From positions 320,001 through 384,000 of the forward strand of contig CAVWVQ010000001.1 in the NCBI GenBank assembly GCA_963758525.1: a stretch of 64,000 nt of DNA, in the 5' to 3' direction. This document shows positions 21,110 through 30,694 of this stretch, in pieces. A program made the position numbers and the translations under genes. How positions within the stretch are numbered: position 1 is the first letter of the stretch; each line of letters opens with the position of its first letter. The notes beneath the pieces are model-generated. The model was not told where the DNA came from, did not search any database, and worked only from the letters and a program-made list of their open reading frames with translations. The stretch is from an uncultured Phycisphaerales bacterium. GTDB lineage: Bacteria; Planctomycetota; Phycisphaerae; Tepidisphaerales; Tepidisphaeraceae.

Positions 21110-21249
21110 ACGCAAGTCATGCCAATAAGTGGCACATGGGATTGTGCCCGGCCGCACCCCGTTTCTCTGCTGCCTGCGTTCCAGTTTTCCCAGCTACCCG
21201 GTACCATCCAGTGTCGATTCACCAAGGGGCGGTCATCCGGAGGCCGATC

Positions 21250-22092
21250 ATGAAACACGACATTTTCCATCGATGTTCCCGCAGGCCAATTTTGATTCGC
21301 ATGGCCTGCGCGCTTGCAGTCCTTTTCATTGCTGGTTTGGGGCGAAACGCGGGCGTCGCCCTGGCAGACGACGCCTCGGACGCGCAGCATGTTCAACAGA
21401 TGATGGAGGGCATGCATGGACAGCTTGCGGAACTGACGGAGTCGTTAGGCGGATTCTCCGACGAGCAGAAACAGAAACTGACTGCGCTCGAATCCTCAAT
21501 GGCCGACAAACTCAAGGCGAATCCGAAGATGGAGCCTCGCGACGTGCGCGATCAGGCGATGGCGGGCTTTCGGGAAATTCTCACGCCCGATCAGCAGAAG
21601 AAATTTGACAACATGCTGGCGGAAAGCGCCCGGATGATGGCCTCAATTGTGACCGGCTCGCATCTGAAATTGATCGGCGTGGCGCTGATGTCTTTTGCCA
21701 ACGATCATCAGGGGAAGCTTCCGGGAAATCTCGGCGCGCTGGCGGATCAGAAGCTTGATCCAAAGACATATCTCACCGGTGATTCCAAAACAACGGTACC
21801 CGCGGATTTCGACAAACTCGAGGCGGATCAAAAAGCCGAATGGATCGACGCGAAAACTGGATTCACGTTCATCGCCGGCGGAAAGGATTTGAGCAAGCTT
21901 GGCCCGGCTGTGATCGCCTACGTGAAGCCGCGCGCGGCCGCGGGCCCCAATAACTTTTTGCTCGCCGACGGCAGCGTCCTGGCGGAGGATGCCGTCACGT
22001 CGGAAAAGATCATCACGGAGTTGAAGGACGGCAAAAATCCCCCGCCGTCGCTGGACATGCGTCTGCCCGGCCCACCCGGCCTGGCGAGGTAA
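21250..22092 (+). CDS. Secreted hypothetical protein with an LTxxQ-like helical region and a DUF1559/H-X9-DG-like C-terminal region
   Basis: Signal peptide ending ALA-DD; ILTPDQQKKF; SHLKLIGVALMSFANDHQGKLP; NNFLLADGSV. Confidence 0.7.
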   Translation: MKHDIFHRCSRRPILIRMACALAVLFIAGLGRNAGVALADDASDAQHVQQMMEGMHGQLAELTESLGGFSDEQKQKLTALESSMADKLKANPKMEPRDVRDQAMAGFREILTPDQQKKFDNMLAESARMMASIVTGSHLKLIGVALMSFANDHQGKLPGNLGALADQKLDPKTYLTGDSKTTVPADFDKLEADQKAEWIDAKTGFTFIAGGKDLSKLGPAVIAYVKPRAAAGPNNFLLADGSVLAEDAVTSEKIITELKDGKNPPPSLDMRLPGPPGLAR

Positions 22093-22101
22093 CGCCCGTG
22101 C

Positions 22102-22413
22102 TTAAGTCTCGCCTTTGAGCCCCAACTCCGCCCGCAACTCGGCCTCGGCTTCCCGCCAGTTGTGATCGGAGTGGTTCGTGTATGTCTTTCGTTCCCAGAT
22201 CAAAAACGCGCGTTGTGCAATCATCTCATAGCTGATCGCGATCTGAGGCCCCGGCAACTGGACTGCCACGGCCACGGGCGCTGACGCCAGCCGTCGCGGA
22301 GCAACCGCGGCAGCTCTCTTCTTCGGCTTCGAAGAGTTCTTCGTTTTCTTTGCAGTACGTTCTTTGGGGAGAGTTTTCGGTTTCCTGGTGATCTTTTTCT
22401 TTTTCGCAGCCAT
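22102..22413 (-). CDS. DUF2934-like protein with a Lys-rich N-terminus
   Basis: IAQRAFLIWER...HNWREAEAEL. Confidence 0.75.
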   Translation of the reverse strand: MAAKKKKITRKPKTLPKERTAKKTKNSSKPKKRAAAVAPRRLASAPVAVAVQLPGPQIAISYEMIAQRAFLIWERKTYTNHSDHNWREAEAELRAELGLKGET

Positions 22414-22480
22414 CGGCAAATCCTCGGCGCGTTGGTCCCGACGATCGTGCTGGATGCTGTACCAGATAGCCCGCGGCGGT

Positions 22481-23464
22481 TCAATGCAGCGACCGGCTGA
22501 TCAGCGGCGAGGTGCGATTCCCGTAGCACGGCCGTCTCGGCTGTGATTTGGGGCCACAGCCCAGACGGCCGCGCCACGTCACCGCGTCATTTGAAGCCTC
22601 GAAGTTGACCAGGCTATTTGTGCGCGAGCCCTCAGGCGCAAGCGCGCTGGAATGCGTGGCTGGAATATGCGCATGCGCGTTGATGTGATTGATGCAATAG
22701 CACGGCGTCCCGGCGCACTGGGGACAATAGCGAAACTCCATCTTCCGGTCGCTCCTCTCCGTGACACCGCATGCCGTGCAGCGATGGAACGGTTCGATGG
22801 CCAGTGCCGTGGATTGGGCCCTGACAAGCATGCGCCGGTGTCCTCCTCTAACACGTTGCAGCAGCTCCCTGTGAAAGAAGAGCAGGAAGTTCGCAATGGC
22901 TGCCACGATCAATGCCTTATCCAACCAGGTGCCGACGCAGAATTGGAGGATGTAGAGTATCCACGTCAGCAGTGCCAACCACTTCACCTTGATCGGGAGA
23001 ACGAAGAAGAGATAGATGACAAACTCTGGAAAGAGAAACGCGAACGCTAGAAAGATCGATTCCATCAGGTAGGCGTTGGTGGCCGGCAGCATCGGCAGCG
23101 CCAGCGACACCGCCACGCTTGCGACCCATCCGACGAGCAGGAAGAGATTGAAGCGGACGGTGCCCCAATGGTTTTCCAAGGCCATTCCCATCAGATACAA
23201 AAAGTACATGGAGAAAAAGAAGAAGATCGGGTTCGTGGTTGGCGGGATGACAACGAACGTGAACAGCCGCCAGACCTCGCCGTGACGAACGAGCGATCCC
23301 ACGAGCACGAGCCGCGACAGAAAATCCTCCGCCCCTTCCCCCTGCCGCGCCTGCGACGCCATCCAGAGGACGTACGCCAGGCTCTGCAGGAAAATGATAT
23401 AGATCGTGATTCGCGGGATCGCGTAGCGCCCCAGCAATCGTTCCAGTCGGGCCAGCAGTTTCAT
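22481..23464 (-). CDS. Rhomboid-like membrane protein with C-terminal Cys/His zinc-binding motif
   Basis: GEVWRLFTFV, ALENHWG, PIKVKWLA, HRCTACG...FRYCPQC...CYCINH. Confidence 0.8.
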   Translation of the reverse strand: MKLLARLERLLGRYAIPRITIYIIFLQSLAYVLWMASQARQGEGAEDFLSRLVLVGSLVRHGEVWRLFTFVVIPPTTNPIFFFFSMYFLYLMGMALENHWGTVRFNLFLLVGWVASVAVSLALPMLPATNAYLMESIFLAFAFLFPEFVIYLFFVLPIKVKWLALLTWILYILQFCVGTWLDKALIVAAIANFLLFFHRELLQRVRGGHRRMLVRAQSTALAIEPFHRCTACGVTERSDRKMEFRYCPQCAGTPCYCINHINAHAHIPATHSSALAPEGSRTNSLVNFEASNDAVTWRGRLGCGPKSQPRRPCYGNRTSPLISRSLH

Positions 23465-23498
23465 GTGGATGGCTTTGTATCAAGTTCATGGATCGTCT

Positions 23499-23810
23499 TC
23501 ATATCTCATCTTCCAAAACGTTCTCAATATCCCGCGCACCATGCAGTACGGTAAGAATCTCAATTCCGCCGTCGAACGGCCGGTAGAAAATGAGGTGATT
23601 GCGAAACCCCTTCACGGACCACACCCGGATCCTAGCGAGCCTGGCATTCGCTGACGCGTAGAGGCGACCCATCCCCGGCATTCTCTCAAGCTGTTTGAAA
23701 GTTTCTTCCGTCGAGATCAAGAAGCGTTCGGCCGCCGAGGCACTGTCGACCGCGATGTACTCGGCGAGTTGAATAATCGCCTCGACAGCCCTTGGTTGCC
23801 GTCGGATCAT
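23499..23810 (-). CDS. Type II toxin, RelE/ParE family
   Basis: AEYIAVDSASAAERF, MPGMGR, VKGFRNHLIFYR, VLHGARDI; ATGA overlap with the antitoxin gene. Confidence 0.9.
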   Translation of the reverse strand: MIRRQPRAVEAIIQLAEYIAVDSASAAERFLISTEETFKQLERMPGMGRLYASANARLARIRVWSVKGFRNHLIFYRPFDGGIEILTVLHGARDIENVLEDEI

Positions 23811-24079
23811 TCGCCCTTCGCCTTGGCGGCGAGCCGCTCGCGAACCGTCTGCCTGATTTGGTCCCAATCGCGCGAGGTCATCTCCACCGCGTCACCGCTA
23901 TCGAGCGCTTCGATGAGCTTGCAATCGAGTTGTTCGCGTGCTCTGCGTTTTTGCTCTTCACGTACGAGCGAACGAAAAAATTCGCTCACGGTCCCAAACC
24001 CGTCTGTCTCCACGCGGTCTTCCACCCATCGACGCATGGTGTCGGGTAATGAAATGTTCATGCTGCTCTGGCTTGCCAT
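23807..24079 (-). CDS. ParD-family ribbon-helix-helix antitoxin
   Basis: MNISLPDTMRRWVEDRVETDGFGTVSEFFRSLVRE, LIEALDSG. Confidence 0.9.
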   Translation of the reverse strand: MASQSSMNISLPDTMRRWVEDRVETDGFGTVSEFFRSLVREEQKRRAREQLDCKLIEALDSGDAVEMTSRDWDQIRQTVRERLAAKAKGE

Positions 24080-24166
24080 CCCCTGATAATAGTCGGAATG
24101 GCAGAATATGGCAAATCTCGCCATCAATCGGCGCCATAACCGCGGTTTCTCGCGTTCAGGCTGGTT

Positions 24167-24832
24167 TCATCTCGTCACTCCCATTACAAGCCCGTCGTAT
24201 CCTTTCGTGCCGACGCTCTGTATCAACGTGGCGGAGAAGCGAGGCTCTTTGCTCATCGCTTCGACGCATCGACGCACACCGATAACGTCTTCGTCCGCGC
24301 TCTTCGCGTCAACAACCGCCCCCTTGCGAACGACGTTGTCGACGATGATCAGGCTCCCCGGCCGGGAGAGCTTCATGGCCCAGGCGAAATAGTCGGCATT
24401 GGAGGGCTTGTCGGCATCAATGAAAAACAGATCGAACGGACCGGCGCCCGAGCTCGAAAGTTTGGGGAGCGTCTCCAGCGCCGGCCCGAGGATCACCTCG
24501 ACCTTGTCCGACAGGCCGGCCCGCGCGAGATTGGAGCGGGCGACGCCGGCATGCTTTTCATCTACCTCGAGCGTCAAAAGCTTTCCATCCGGCGGCAGCG
24601 CCCTCCCAAGCCAGATGGTGCTGAAGCCGCCCAGCGTGCCAATCTCCAGGATCTTCTTCGCGCCCATGGCCCGCGCCAGCAGGTGCAGCAGTTTGCCCTG
24701 TACAGCGGAGACTGCAATCGGGGGAAGCTTTGCGTCAACGCTTGCCTTGACCGCCGCGTCGAGTGCCGGGTCATTCGGCAACAACATCTGCTCGAAATAC
24801 CGATCCACCGACGTCCAAGTGTCCTGGCTCAT
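24167..24832 (-). CDS. O-methyltransferase (Methyltransf_3 type)
   Basis: ILEIGTLGGFSTIW, FDLFFIDADK, IIVDNVVRKG, KGYDG. Confidence 0.93.
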   Translation of the reverse strand: MSQDTWTSVDRYFEQMLLPNDPALDAAVKASVDAKLPPIAVSAVQGKLLHLLARAMGAKKILEIGTLGGFSTIWLGRALPPDGKLLTLEVDEKHAGVARSNLARAGLSDKVEVILGPALETLPKLSSSGAGPFDLFFIDADKPSNADYFAWAMKLSRPGSLIIVDNVVRKGAVVDAKSADEDVIGVRRCVEAMSKEPRFSATLIQSVGTKGYDGLVMGVTR

Positions 24833-24902
24833 GGTTCCTGCTCCCAGTCTGAAAACAGATCTCGAGACGGCGCGCTGCCGGCCAGCTAAGATTATGCCAG
24901 AT

Positions 24903-25258
24903 GAAAGGGACGGAGGGGAAGAGAGGGACGAAGGGACAGAGGGGAGAGGCACGAAGGCACGAAGGCACGGAGGCACGGAGGCACGGAGGGGAGGACGCTT
25001 CGCGGCAGAGTTAGAGCAGGGCTCTGCCGACTCTGCTGCTGGTTGGCGGGTTACGCGGGTCCCTGTTCTTGCGACTACCGCGCTCGCGACTCAGCATTAT
25101 TATCTGCCGTCGCGAAGCGTCCTCCCCTTCGTGCCTCCGTGCCTCCGTGCCTCCGTGCCTTCGTGCCTTCGTGCCTTCGTGCCTCCGTGCCTCCGTGCCT
25201 CTCCCCTTCGTCCCTTTGTCCCTTTGTCCCTTTGTCCCTTCCCGTCCCTTCCTCCCCC
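24903..25258. repeat. Long palindromic element with octamer-repeat arms (GGCACGAA/GGCACGGA and GGGACxAA variants)
   Basis: Left arm about 24903-25003 ends GGAGGACGCTTCGC; right arm starts GCGAAGCGTCCTCC near 25112 and continues with multiple GTGCC and TGTCCCTT units. Confidence 0.92.
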
Positions 25259-25267
25259 TATCATTCA

Positions 25268-25297
25268 TTGACACCACCGCCCCTCCGGCGCTAAATT
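25268..25297 (+). promoter_or_regulatory. Sigma70-type promoter of tRNA-Leu(TAG)
   Basis: TTGACA-N18-TAAATT, about 30 nt upstream of the tRNA. Confidence 0.55.
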
Positions 25298-25329
25298 GCG
25301 GTGCGAGGCTCTCTCTGAGACAATGCTCG

Positions 25330-25411
25330 GCAGGAGTGGCGGAATTGGCAGACGCGCAGGACTTAGGATCCTGTACCGAAAGGTGTAGGGGTTCGACCCC
25401 CCTCTCCTGCA
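25330..25411 (+). tRNA. tRNA-Leu (TAG)
   Basis: GCAGGAG/CTCCTGC acceptor stem, anticodon arm CAGGA-CTTAGGA-TCCTG, variable arm TACCGAAAGGTG. Confidence 0.96.
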
Positions 25412-25449
25412 TCGAAATCCACCCCGAAGGCGGAAAGGATCGGAACATC

Positions 25450-26600
25450 ATGCTCAACCCACAACCCTCCCGCTTCCGTTCTTCCCTCATCACGGCCCTG
25501 CTGGCCGTCATCACACTGCCGGTCGCCGCGGCTTCGGCGGACACGGTCTGGCATAAATCCGCGGGCGCGAAGAAGGCGCTGATGTATCAAAACGTGAAAG
25601 TTGAAAAAGTCGACGGCGACGATCTGGTCTTCGTCTCCGCAAGCGGCAACGAAACGCGCAAGAAGCTGGCGGAAGTGTCGCGCATTGCGATGGACGATGA
25701 GCCGGCGCTGACGGCGGCGGAGGAAGCGTACGACGGCGGGAACTTCGCCGGAGCGATCGATGGGTATCGCAAAGCCGCAACCGCCAGCGCCCGCGCGTGG
25801 GTGCGGCAGCGAGCGGCGCTGCGGCTGATCGACGCGGGCAACAAGGCGCCCGATTTCGGCGCGGCGGTGGCGGGTTTCGCGGCACTGGCGACGATCGATG
25901 CGGACTCGGCCCAGAAGCAGAAGCCGGTGATTCCACCAGATGCGACCAAATCCGCGCTCACCGCCGCGATCCGCGACGTGCAGAACGCCGAGCAAACCAC
26001 CGGCATCAAAACCGCGCAGATGCGCGTGCTGCTGAATTTTCAGGTCGAGCTGATGAGCGCGGCGCACGATACCGATGGAGCCAGCGCTGCATTGAAACAA
26101 CTGGCAAGGCTGGGCGGCGCCGCCGCTCCGGTTGACGCGACCCCCGGCGCTGCGCCCGCGGACAATGCCGCAATGGCGCGGTCGCGCGCCGAGGAAAAGA
26201 TCAATGAAGCGCGCGTGGCGCTGCGCAGAAGGACTACAAGCACGCCAACGAAGTGCTGATCGCCGCCGGTGATGGGATCGTGGCGCCGGATCAGCAGGAC
26301 GAGGCGATGTTCATGCTGGCCCAGGCCAAGGAGGGGCTCGCCAGTGATGATCCCAAGGCGCTGATGGACGCGGCCATCGCATATATGCGGGTGGTCGCGA
26401 ATTTCGGAAAAACCCCCGACGCTCCGCATATCGCCGAGTCACTGATGAAAACCGCGGCAATTGAAGAGAAGCTTTCCAAGCCCGAGGAAGCGCTGCGGAT
26501 CTACAACGATGTGGCAAGCAATTACAAGGACGCCCCCGCCGCCCAGGACGCTGCCGGCAGCGCCGCCCGCATTTCCGCGGCGATCAAGGCCAAAGGCTGA
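25450..26600 (+). CDS. Secreted TPR-repeat protein (frameshift near 26228)
   Basis: Signal peptide ending ASA-D; TPR-like AEEAYDGGNFAGAIDGY, EAMFMLAQA, AESLMKTAAIEEKL. Confidence 0.75.
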
Positions 26601-26606
26601 TTCTGC

Positions 26607-28619
26607 ATGACAAAATTCATTCGTAAGTACCAGAAGCAGATGCTCGCAGTTTTTGGAGTGGTGCTGATGGTGATCTTCATCATCCCGCCGAGCATGAAAA
26701 GCGGTCGCGAGTTCGTTCGCCGTCCGATCGGACACGTCGGAAGCGAAGCGGTTTACAACGACGACAAGATCCAGGCCCACAACGACTGGCAAGTGCTCAG
26801 TCACGTGCTTGCCCAAATCCCGTTTCTGCCGAGCCGATACAGCTATGATTTGTCGCTCGAGCCGCAACCTGCGCCCTACATCTTCAAGCTCGGATTCGAG
26901 CTGACAACCGCGATTGACAAGAATCCCGACATCTACCTTCTGTTGCAGCAGGAAGCGAAACAGCGCGGCATCGAAGTGTCGGCTGACGAGGTCGGCACCG
27001 TGGTCGCCAATGACCTCTACACGTCAGACTTCCAGAAAGTGTCGCCCGATACGATCGGCAGCCAGGACGCGTATGACAGGCTCACCGCCGCGGTTTCGCG
27101 CTTCTTGCCGGTGCTCACGCTTGTGCGCCAAGTTGAAGCCGATGTGAAGATCACCAAGCCGATGTGGGAGCAGACGCTGGCCAGATCGCAGTTGGTGCGT
27201 CTGGCGATCGTCGAGATGCCGGCTGATCGATTTACGGCCACCGTCGGCATTCCCACGCCCGAGCAGATTCAGGCGCAGTACGACAAATATCGCGACGTCG
27301 TGGCGCAGCCACAGGCCGCGGAAAGCGACGGCATGAACTTCGGCTACAAAGTTCCCGAGCGCGTACGCATCCAATATCTGAAGATTCCGCGCCAGTCGGT
27401 GCTCAACGCCGTCCGCGCCTCGCGATCGGCGTATGACTGGGAAGTCGACGCCCGCGTCTACTATTACGCGCATCAGTCCGAGTTCGTCGGCCTTCCCCCC
27501 GCCACGCAACCAACCACCAAACCCACAACCGGCCCATCGACGGCCACTGCCAGCGCAACCAGCGCGCCCGCCACCGCCCCGGCGACCGCAATGGCTGCAA
27601 CCGCTCCGGCGACTCCCACGACGCGTCCGTTTACTGAAGTGCAGGAACGCGTGATGACCGCCATCCTCGCAGCGCCGGCCGACGAACTGGCGCAGAAGAT
27701 TCAGCTCGCCCTCACCGCCCGGCTCAACGCCGACTTTGCCGCGTTCACTTCCGCGCCGGCGACACAGCCCGCCACCGCACCGACCACTGCGCCAACGAGC
27801 GGCTTTGCATCCAAGGCATATCTTGAGGGCGTCGCGTTGGACATCCAAAAGCAATTCGGCGTGTTTCCCGAAGTGACGCAAACCGGCGACTGGCTTGACG
27901 CCGCTGCCCTCGCCAAGCTCCCCGGCATCGGCTCGGCGTCTTCGGGAACCAGTGAGTTTGCCAGCATCGCAATCCCCGCCACGCAGCCCGCGTCCGGCGG
28001 ATCTTCCGCCGCGCCGCTCGCGCTGCTCCAGCCCTCGGAGCCGTTGAAGGATCCGAATTCAAACATTTACATCTTCCGAATCGAGCAGCGCGAACCAGAG
28101 CACACCCCGCCGCTGAAGGAAATCATCACCACCGTGGCGGCCGACGTTCAAGCCGCGCACCAATATCAAGCCGCCCTCGACGCCGCCAAGGCATTGCTCG
28201 AAGCGTCCCGCAAACACGGGCTTTCCGCCGCTGCCGGCCTGCAGAATCTTCCGGTCATCACAACGTCCACGCCCTTCGCGCCCGGCTCTGCGATCCCCGG
28301 CTACACCGCTTCGCCGGCAGCATCCCGCGCCGTTGGCGCAAAGGCGGGTGAACTGCTCCGCGAGGCGACGGCCGAGAATCCGCATCCACTGGCCATTGTG
28401 GAATTGCCAGCCGACAAAAAAGTGGTGCTGGTGCAACTGATTGACATCGCCGCCCGGATCAAGCCCGACGACATGTATTTCATCCAACTGGTCCGCACCC
28501 GCCAGGAGGACGCCGCCCAGCGGGAAAACATCGCCCGGCAATATTTCAGCTACGACGCGATCAAGAGCCGGATCGACTACGTCCCCGTTAATTCTGACTT
28601 GGGCAAATCGGGTTCGTGA
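26607..28619 (+). CDS. SurA_N/PpiD-like membrane-anchored periplasmic protein with Thr/Pro/Ala-rich inserts
   Basis: MTKFIRKYQKQMLAVFGVVLMVIF anchor; LLLQQEAKQRGIEVS, PTPEQIQAQYDKY, YKVPERVRIQY. Confidence 0.7.
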   Translation: MTKFIRKYQKQMLAVFGVVLMVIFIIPPSMKSGREFVRRPIGHVGSEAVYNDDKIQAHNDWQVLSHVLAQIPFLPSRYSYDLSLEPQPAPYIFKLGFELTTAIDKNPDIYLLLQQEAKQRGIEVSADEVGTVVANDLYTSDFQKVSPDTIGSQDAYDRLTAAVSRFLPVLTLVRQVEADVKITKPMWEQTLARSQLVRLAIVEMPADRFTATVGIPTPEQIQAQYDKYRDVVAQPQAAESDGMNFGYKVPERVRIQYLKIPRQSVLNAVRASRSAYDWEVDARVYYYAHQSEFVGLPPATQPTTKPTTGPSTATASATSAPATAPATAMAATAPATPTTRPFTEVQERVMTAILAAPADELAQKIQLALTARLNADFAAFTSAPATQPATAPTTAPTSGFASKAYLEGVALDIQKQFGVFPEVTQTGDWLDAAALAKLPGIGSASSGTSEFASIAIPATQPASGGSSAAPLALLQPSEPLKDPNSNIYIFRIEQREPEHTPPLKEIITTVAADVQAAHQYQAALDAAKALLEASRKHGLSAAAGLQNLPVITTSTPFAPGSAIPGYTASPAASRAVGAKAGELLREATAENPHPLAIVELPADKKVVLVQLIDIAARIKPDDMYFIQLVRTRQEDAAQRENIARQYFSYDAIKSRIDYVPVNSDLGKSGS

Positions 28620-28637
28620 TCGAGGGCCGTGATTCTC

Positions 28638-28698
28638 GTAGGGCGGGATTGATCCCGCCGCGGTTGACGGTTGCTCGGCGGGATCAATCCCGCCCTAC
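28638..28698. repeat. REP-like inverted doublet (GTAGGGCGGGATT family)
   Basis: GTAGGGCGGGATTGATCCCGCCG ... CGGCGGGATCAATCCCGCCCTAC, perfect 23-bp arms. Confidence 0.92.
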
Positions 28699-28830
28699 TT
28701 TGCCAAGCTCGACGGCGCCAGTGCGGGGCCGAGCAGCTTGTCGCCGGACTCGACTGAACGTGACCGAAAGCGCCAGAACGCCAGCGTACTTGACTGATCG
28801 CCACGAGGTTATATCCTTCCCTCTCCGTTC

Positions 28831-28903
<73 letters not shown>

Positions 28904-28978
28904 TGCGTTTGCCCCGATCCCGACGATTGCAATTTGCAGTTTTGACCGAACCAGACGGCCGCTGCTGCGCTTGAAATC

Positions 28979-29815
28979 ATGTCACCTCTGCGAAGCGGAC
29001 CTGAAATCCCCCTGCCAGCGGACCAGAAGGACATTGGCCGATTCCTCAAGGATGTGCTGCGCCACCCCGCTTATCAGGAGGTTGATAAACGGCTAAAGGG
29101 GCTTGCCGCGAGTTGCCCCAATGGAGAGGCTCAGTACTGGAGCGTTTTCCGGCATAAATCCGACGGAAAATGGAGCGCCGAACGGAGGGCCCTTCACGAA
29201 GCGCTGGTTGCCACCGCCCTCGCCGGCAAGCGGAGAGTGCCGAAGGGAGTCAAGCCCCTCGCGGTCCTTTTGATCGGCACGCCCGGCTCCGGGAAGACGA
29301 GCGAGGGCATGAAACACGTACCTAACTCCAAGGAGGATTTCGTCGTCATTAATGCCGATGATGTGAAGGAGAGTCTACCCGAATATCGCGGCTGGAATGC
29401 AGGCGCTTTGCACGAAGAATCGAGTTACGTCGCGGAGAAGCTCATTTTTTCCGCGGCGGTTGACAATCGTCACCACATCATTTTTGACCTCACCGGGGCC
29501 AATGGGATAAAAATGCTGGGCATGGTGGATGACCTCGATGGGTTGGGATACGAAATTCACGTGATTCTCGTGAAGATTCCCGCTTGGATGGCCGCCGGGC
29601 GAGTCTGGGATCGGTTCTGCAAAGTGCCATTCGACAAAAAATCTCCCAGTTCGATGTCCGGGCGATTCGTTCCCCCGGAATATGCGTATAATATCGTAGA
29701 TGACAGGCCCGCAAACACATACAGCCTGCTGAAGCAACACGAAGCTGTTAAAAGCTGGACCTCAATATCCACGGAAAAGAAACCGGCTCAGGTTTTGGAA
29801 CAGGATACCCGGTGA
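28979..29815 (+). CDS. Zeta-toxin-family P-loop kinase
   Basis: Walker A GTPGSGKT, INADDVKESLPEY, HEESSYVA, IIFDLT, GYEIHVILV, GRFVP. Confidence 0.85.
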   Translation: MSPLRSGPEIPLPADQKDIGRFLKDVLRHPAYQEVDKRLKGLAASCPNGEAQYWSVFRHKSDGKWSAERRALHEALVATALAGKRRVPKGVKPLAVLLIGTPGSGKTSEGMKHVPNSKEDFVVINADDVKESLPEYRGWNAGALHEESSYVAEKLIFSAAVDNRHHIIFDLTGANGIKMLGMVDDLDGLGYEIHVILVKIPAWMAAGRVWDRFCKVPFDKKSPSSMSGRFVPPEYAYNIVDDRPANTYSLLKQHEAVKSWTSISTEKKPAQVLEQDTR

Positions 29816-29818
29816 CGT

Positions 29819-29989
29819 ATGGCGAAAACGTATTTATCCAAGCTCTACGAGAAAATGGAAGAGTCTCGGATGGACCGCCTGAGCGAGACTTCCAAGCGAA
29901 TTTTGGCCAAGCCTAGAAAAAAACAGGTCAAGACGACCAGGCTCCGGCACATGGTTGCGTCGGCGGCTCGCGCCCCCGCAACACCATAA
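29819..29989 (+). CDS. Small basic protein (56 aa), candidate partner of the zeta-like kinase
   Basis: Hand-translated MAKTYLSKLYEKMEESRMDRLSETSKRILAKPRKKQVKTTRLRHMVASAARAPATP*; starts 3 nt after the kinase stop; absent from the ORF track. Confidence 0.6.
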   Translation: MAKTYLSKLYEKMEESRMDRLSETSKRILAKPRKKQVKTTRLRHMVASAARAPATP

Positions 29990-30068
29990 GAGAACTCTTC
30001 GAGTCGAATGATCGAATGCCGAAAAAAAGCGAGGATTCTTGGGTTTTTCGGCGAGCGCAGGCAGCGGT

Positions 30069-30110
30069 TCTTAATCAGCGGGTTCCAGGTTCAAGTCCTG
30101 GATGGCGCAT
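30069..30110 (+). repeat. attR-like duplicate of the tRNA-Lys 3' end
   Basis: TCTTAATCAGCGGGTTCCAGGTTCAAGTCCTGGATGGCGCAT, perfect match to 28863-28904. Confidence 0.95.
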
Positions 30111-30131
30111 TCTTCCACGCTAAGATTCGGT

Positions 30132-30395
30132 ATGGCAGTCGATCCTCATCCATTCCTGCAGATCGAAGGGCAGTGGGAAGAGCTCGTCAGGAATTCCCAC
30201 GAATTCGCCGGCCGGCGCGTCCGGGTGACGGTGCTCTCCGATGACCGCGATGTGAATGTCGGTTTTATCGCCGAACGGCAGCGCTGGATCGCCGAAGGAA
30301 ACGCATTGATCACAACGCCACCGGCCGCCAAAAAGTCCACCCCATTTGGCGACGCCCTAGTCGACAAATTCCGACGGCAAGGATTGGAACTCTGA
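30132..30395 (+). CDS. Small antitoxin-like hypothetical protein
   Basis: IEGQWEEL...FAGRRVRVTVL...LVDKFRRQGLEL; the stop overlaps an ATG (TGATG) leading into a PIN-like fragment. Confidence 0.6.
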   Translation: MAVDPHPFLQIEGQWEELVRNSHEFAGRRVRVTVLSDDRDVNVGFIAERQRWIAEGNALITTPPAAKKSTPFGDALVDKFRRQGLEL

Positions 30396-30480
30396 TGCTG
30401 GGCCGCTGGTGTCATTGTGCGACCGGAATCAAAGCACCCACCCTCGCTGCCAGCTTGTGCTTGACGCCGCCACGGCACCC
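30394..30480 (+). pseudogene. Truncated PIN/VapC toxin N-terminal remnant
   Basis: DAGPLVSLCDRNQSTHPRC resembles the PIN N-terminal motif; out of frame with ATG 30395; similarity ends after about 29 codons. Confidence 0.55.
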
Positions 30481-30694
30481 GGCGTTCGACTATCGGGGGC
30501 TCCGATGCCTCAGTCCCCATGGTGCGTGCAGATATCATTTCCCACCCTCAAGGCTGTGACCGCCCTCACGCCCCCAGCACTTGCTCCGGGGTCCTCTTTC
30601 CGGTCCCCCGACCTGCTCCCTCAAGCCGTGTCGTATCCGCCGTATGCGGTGCAAACAATAACTCCGATCCATTGAGAATAGCACTATTCACACC

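Noticed and set aside
30061..30110. Second tRNA-Lys gene
   Set aside because: Only the 3' 42 nt are present, with no D-arm or 5' acceptor strand; interpreted as an att duplicate.
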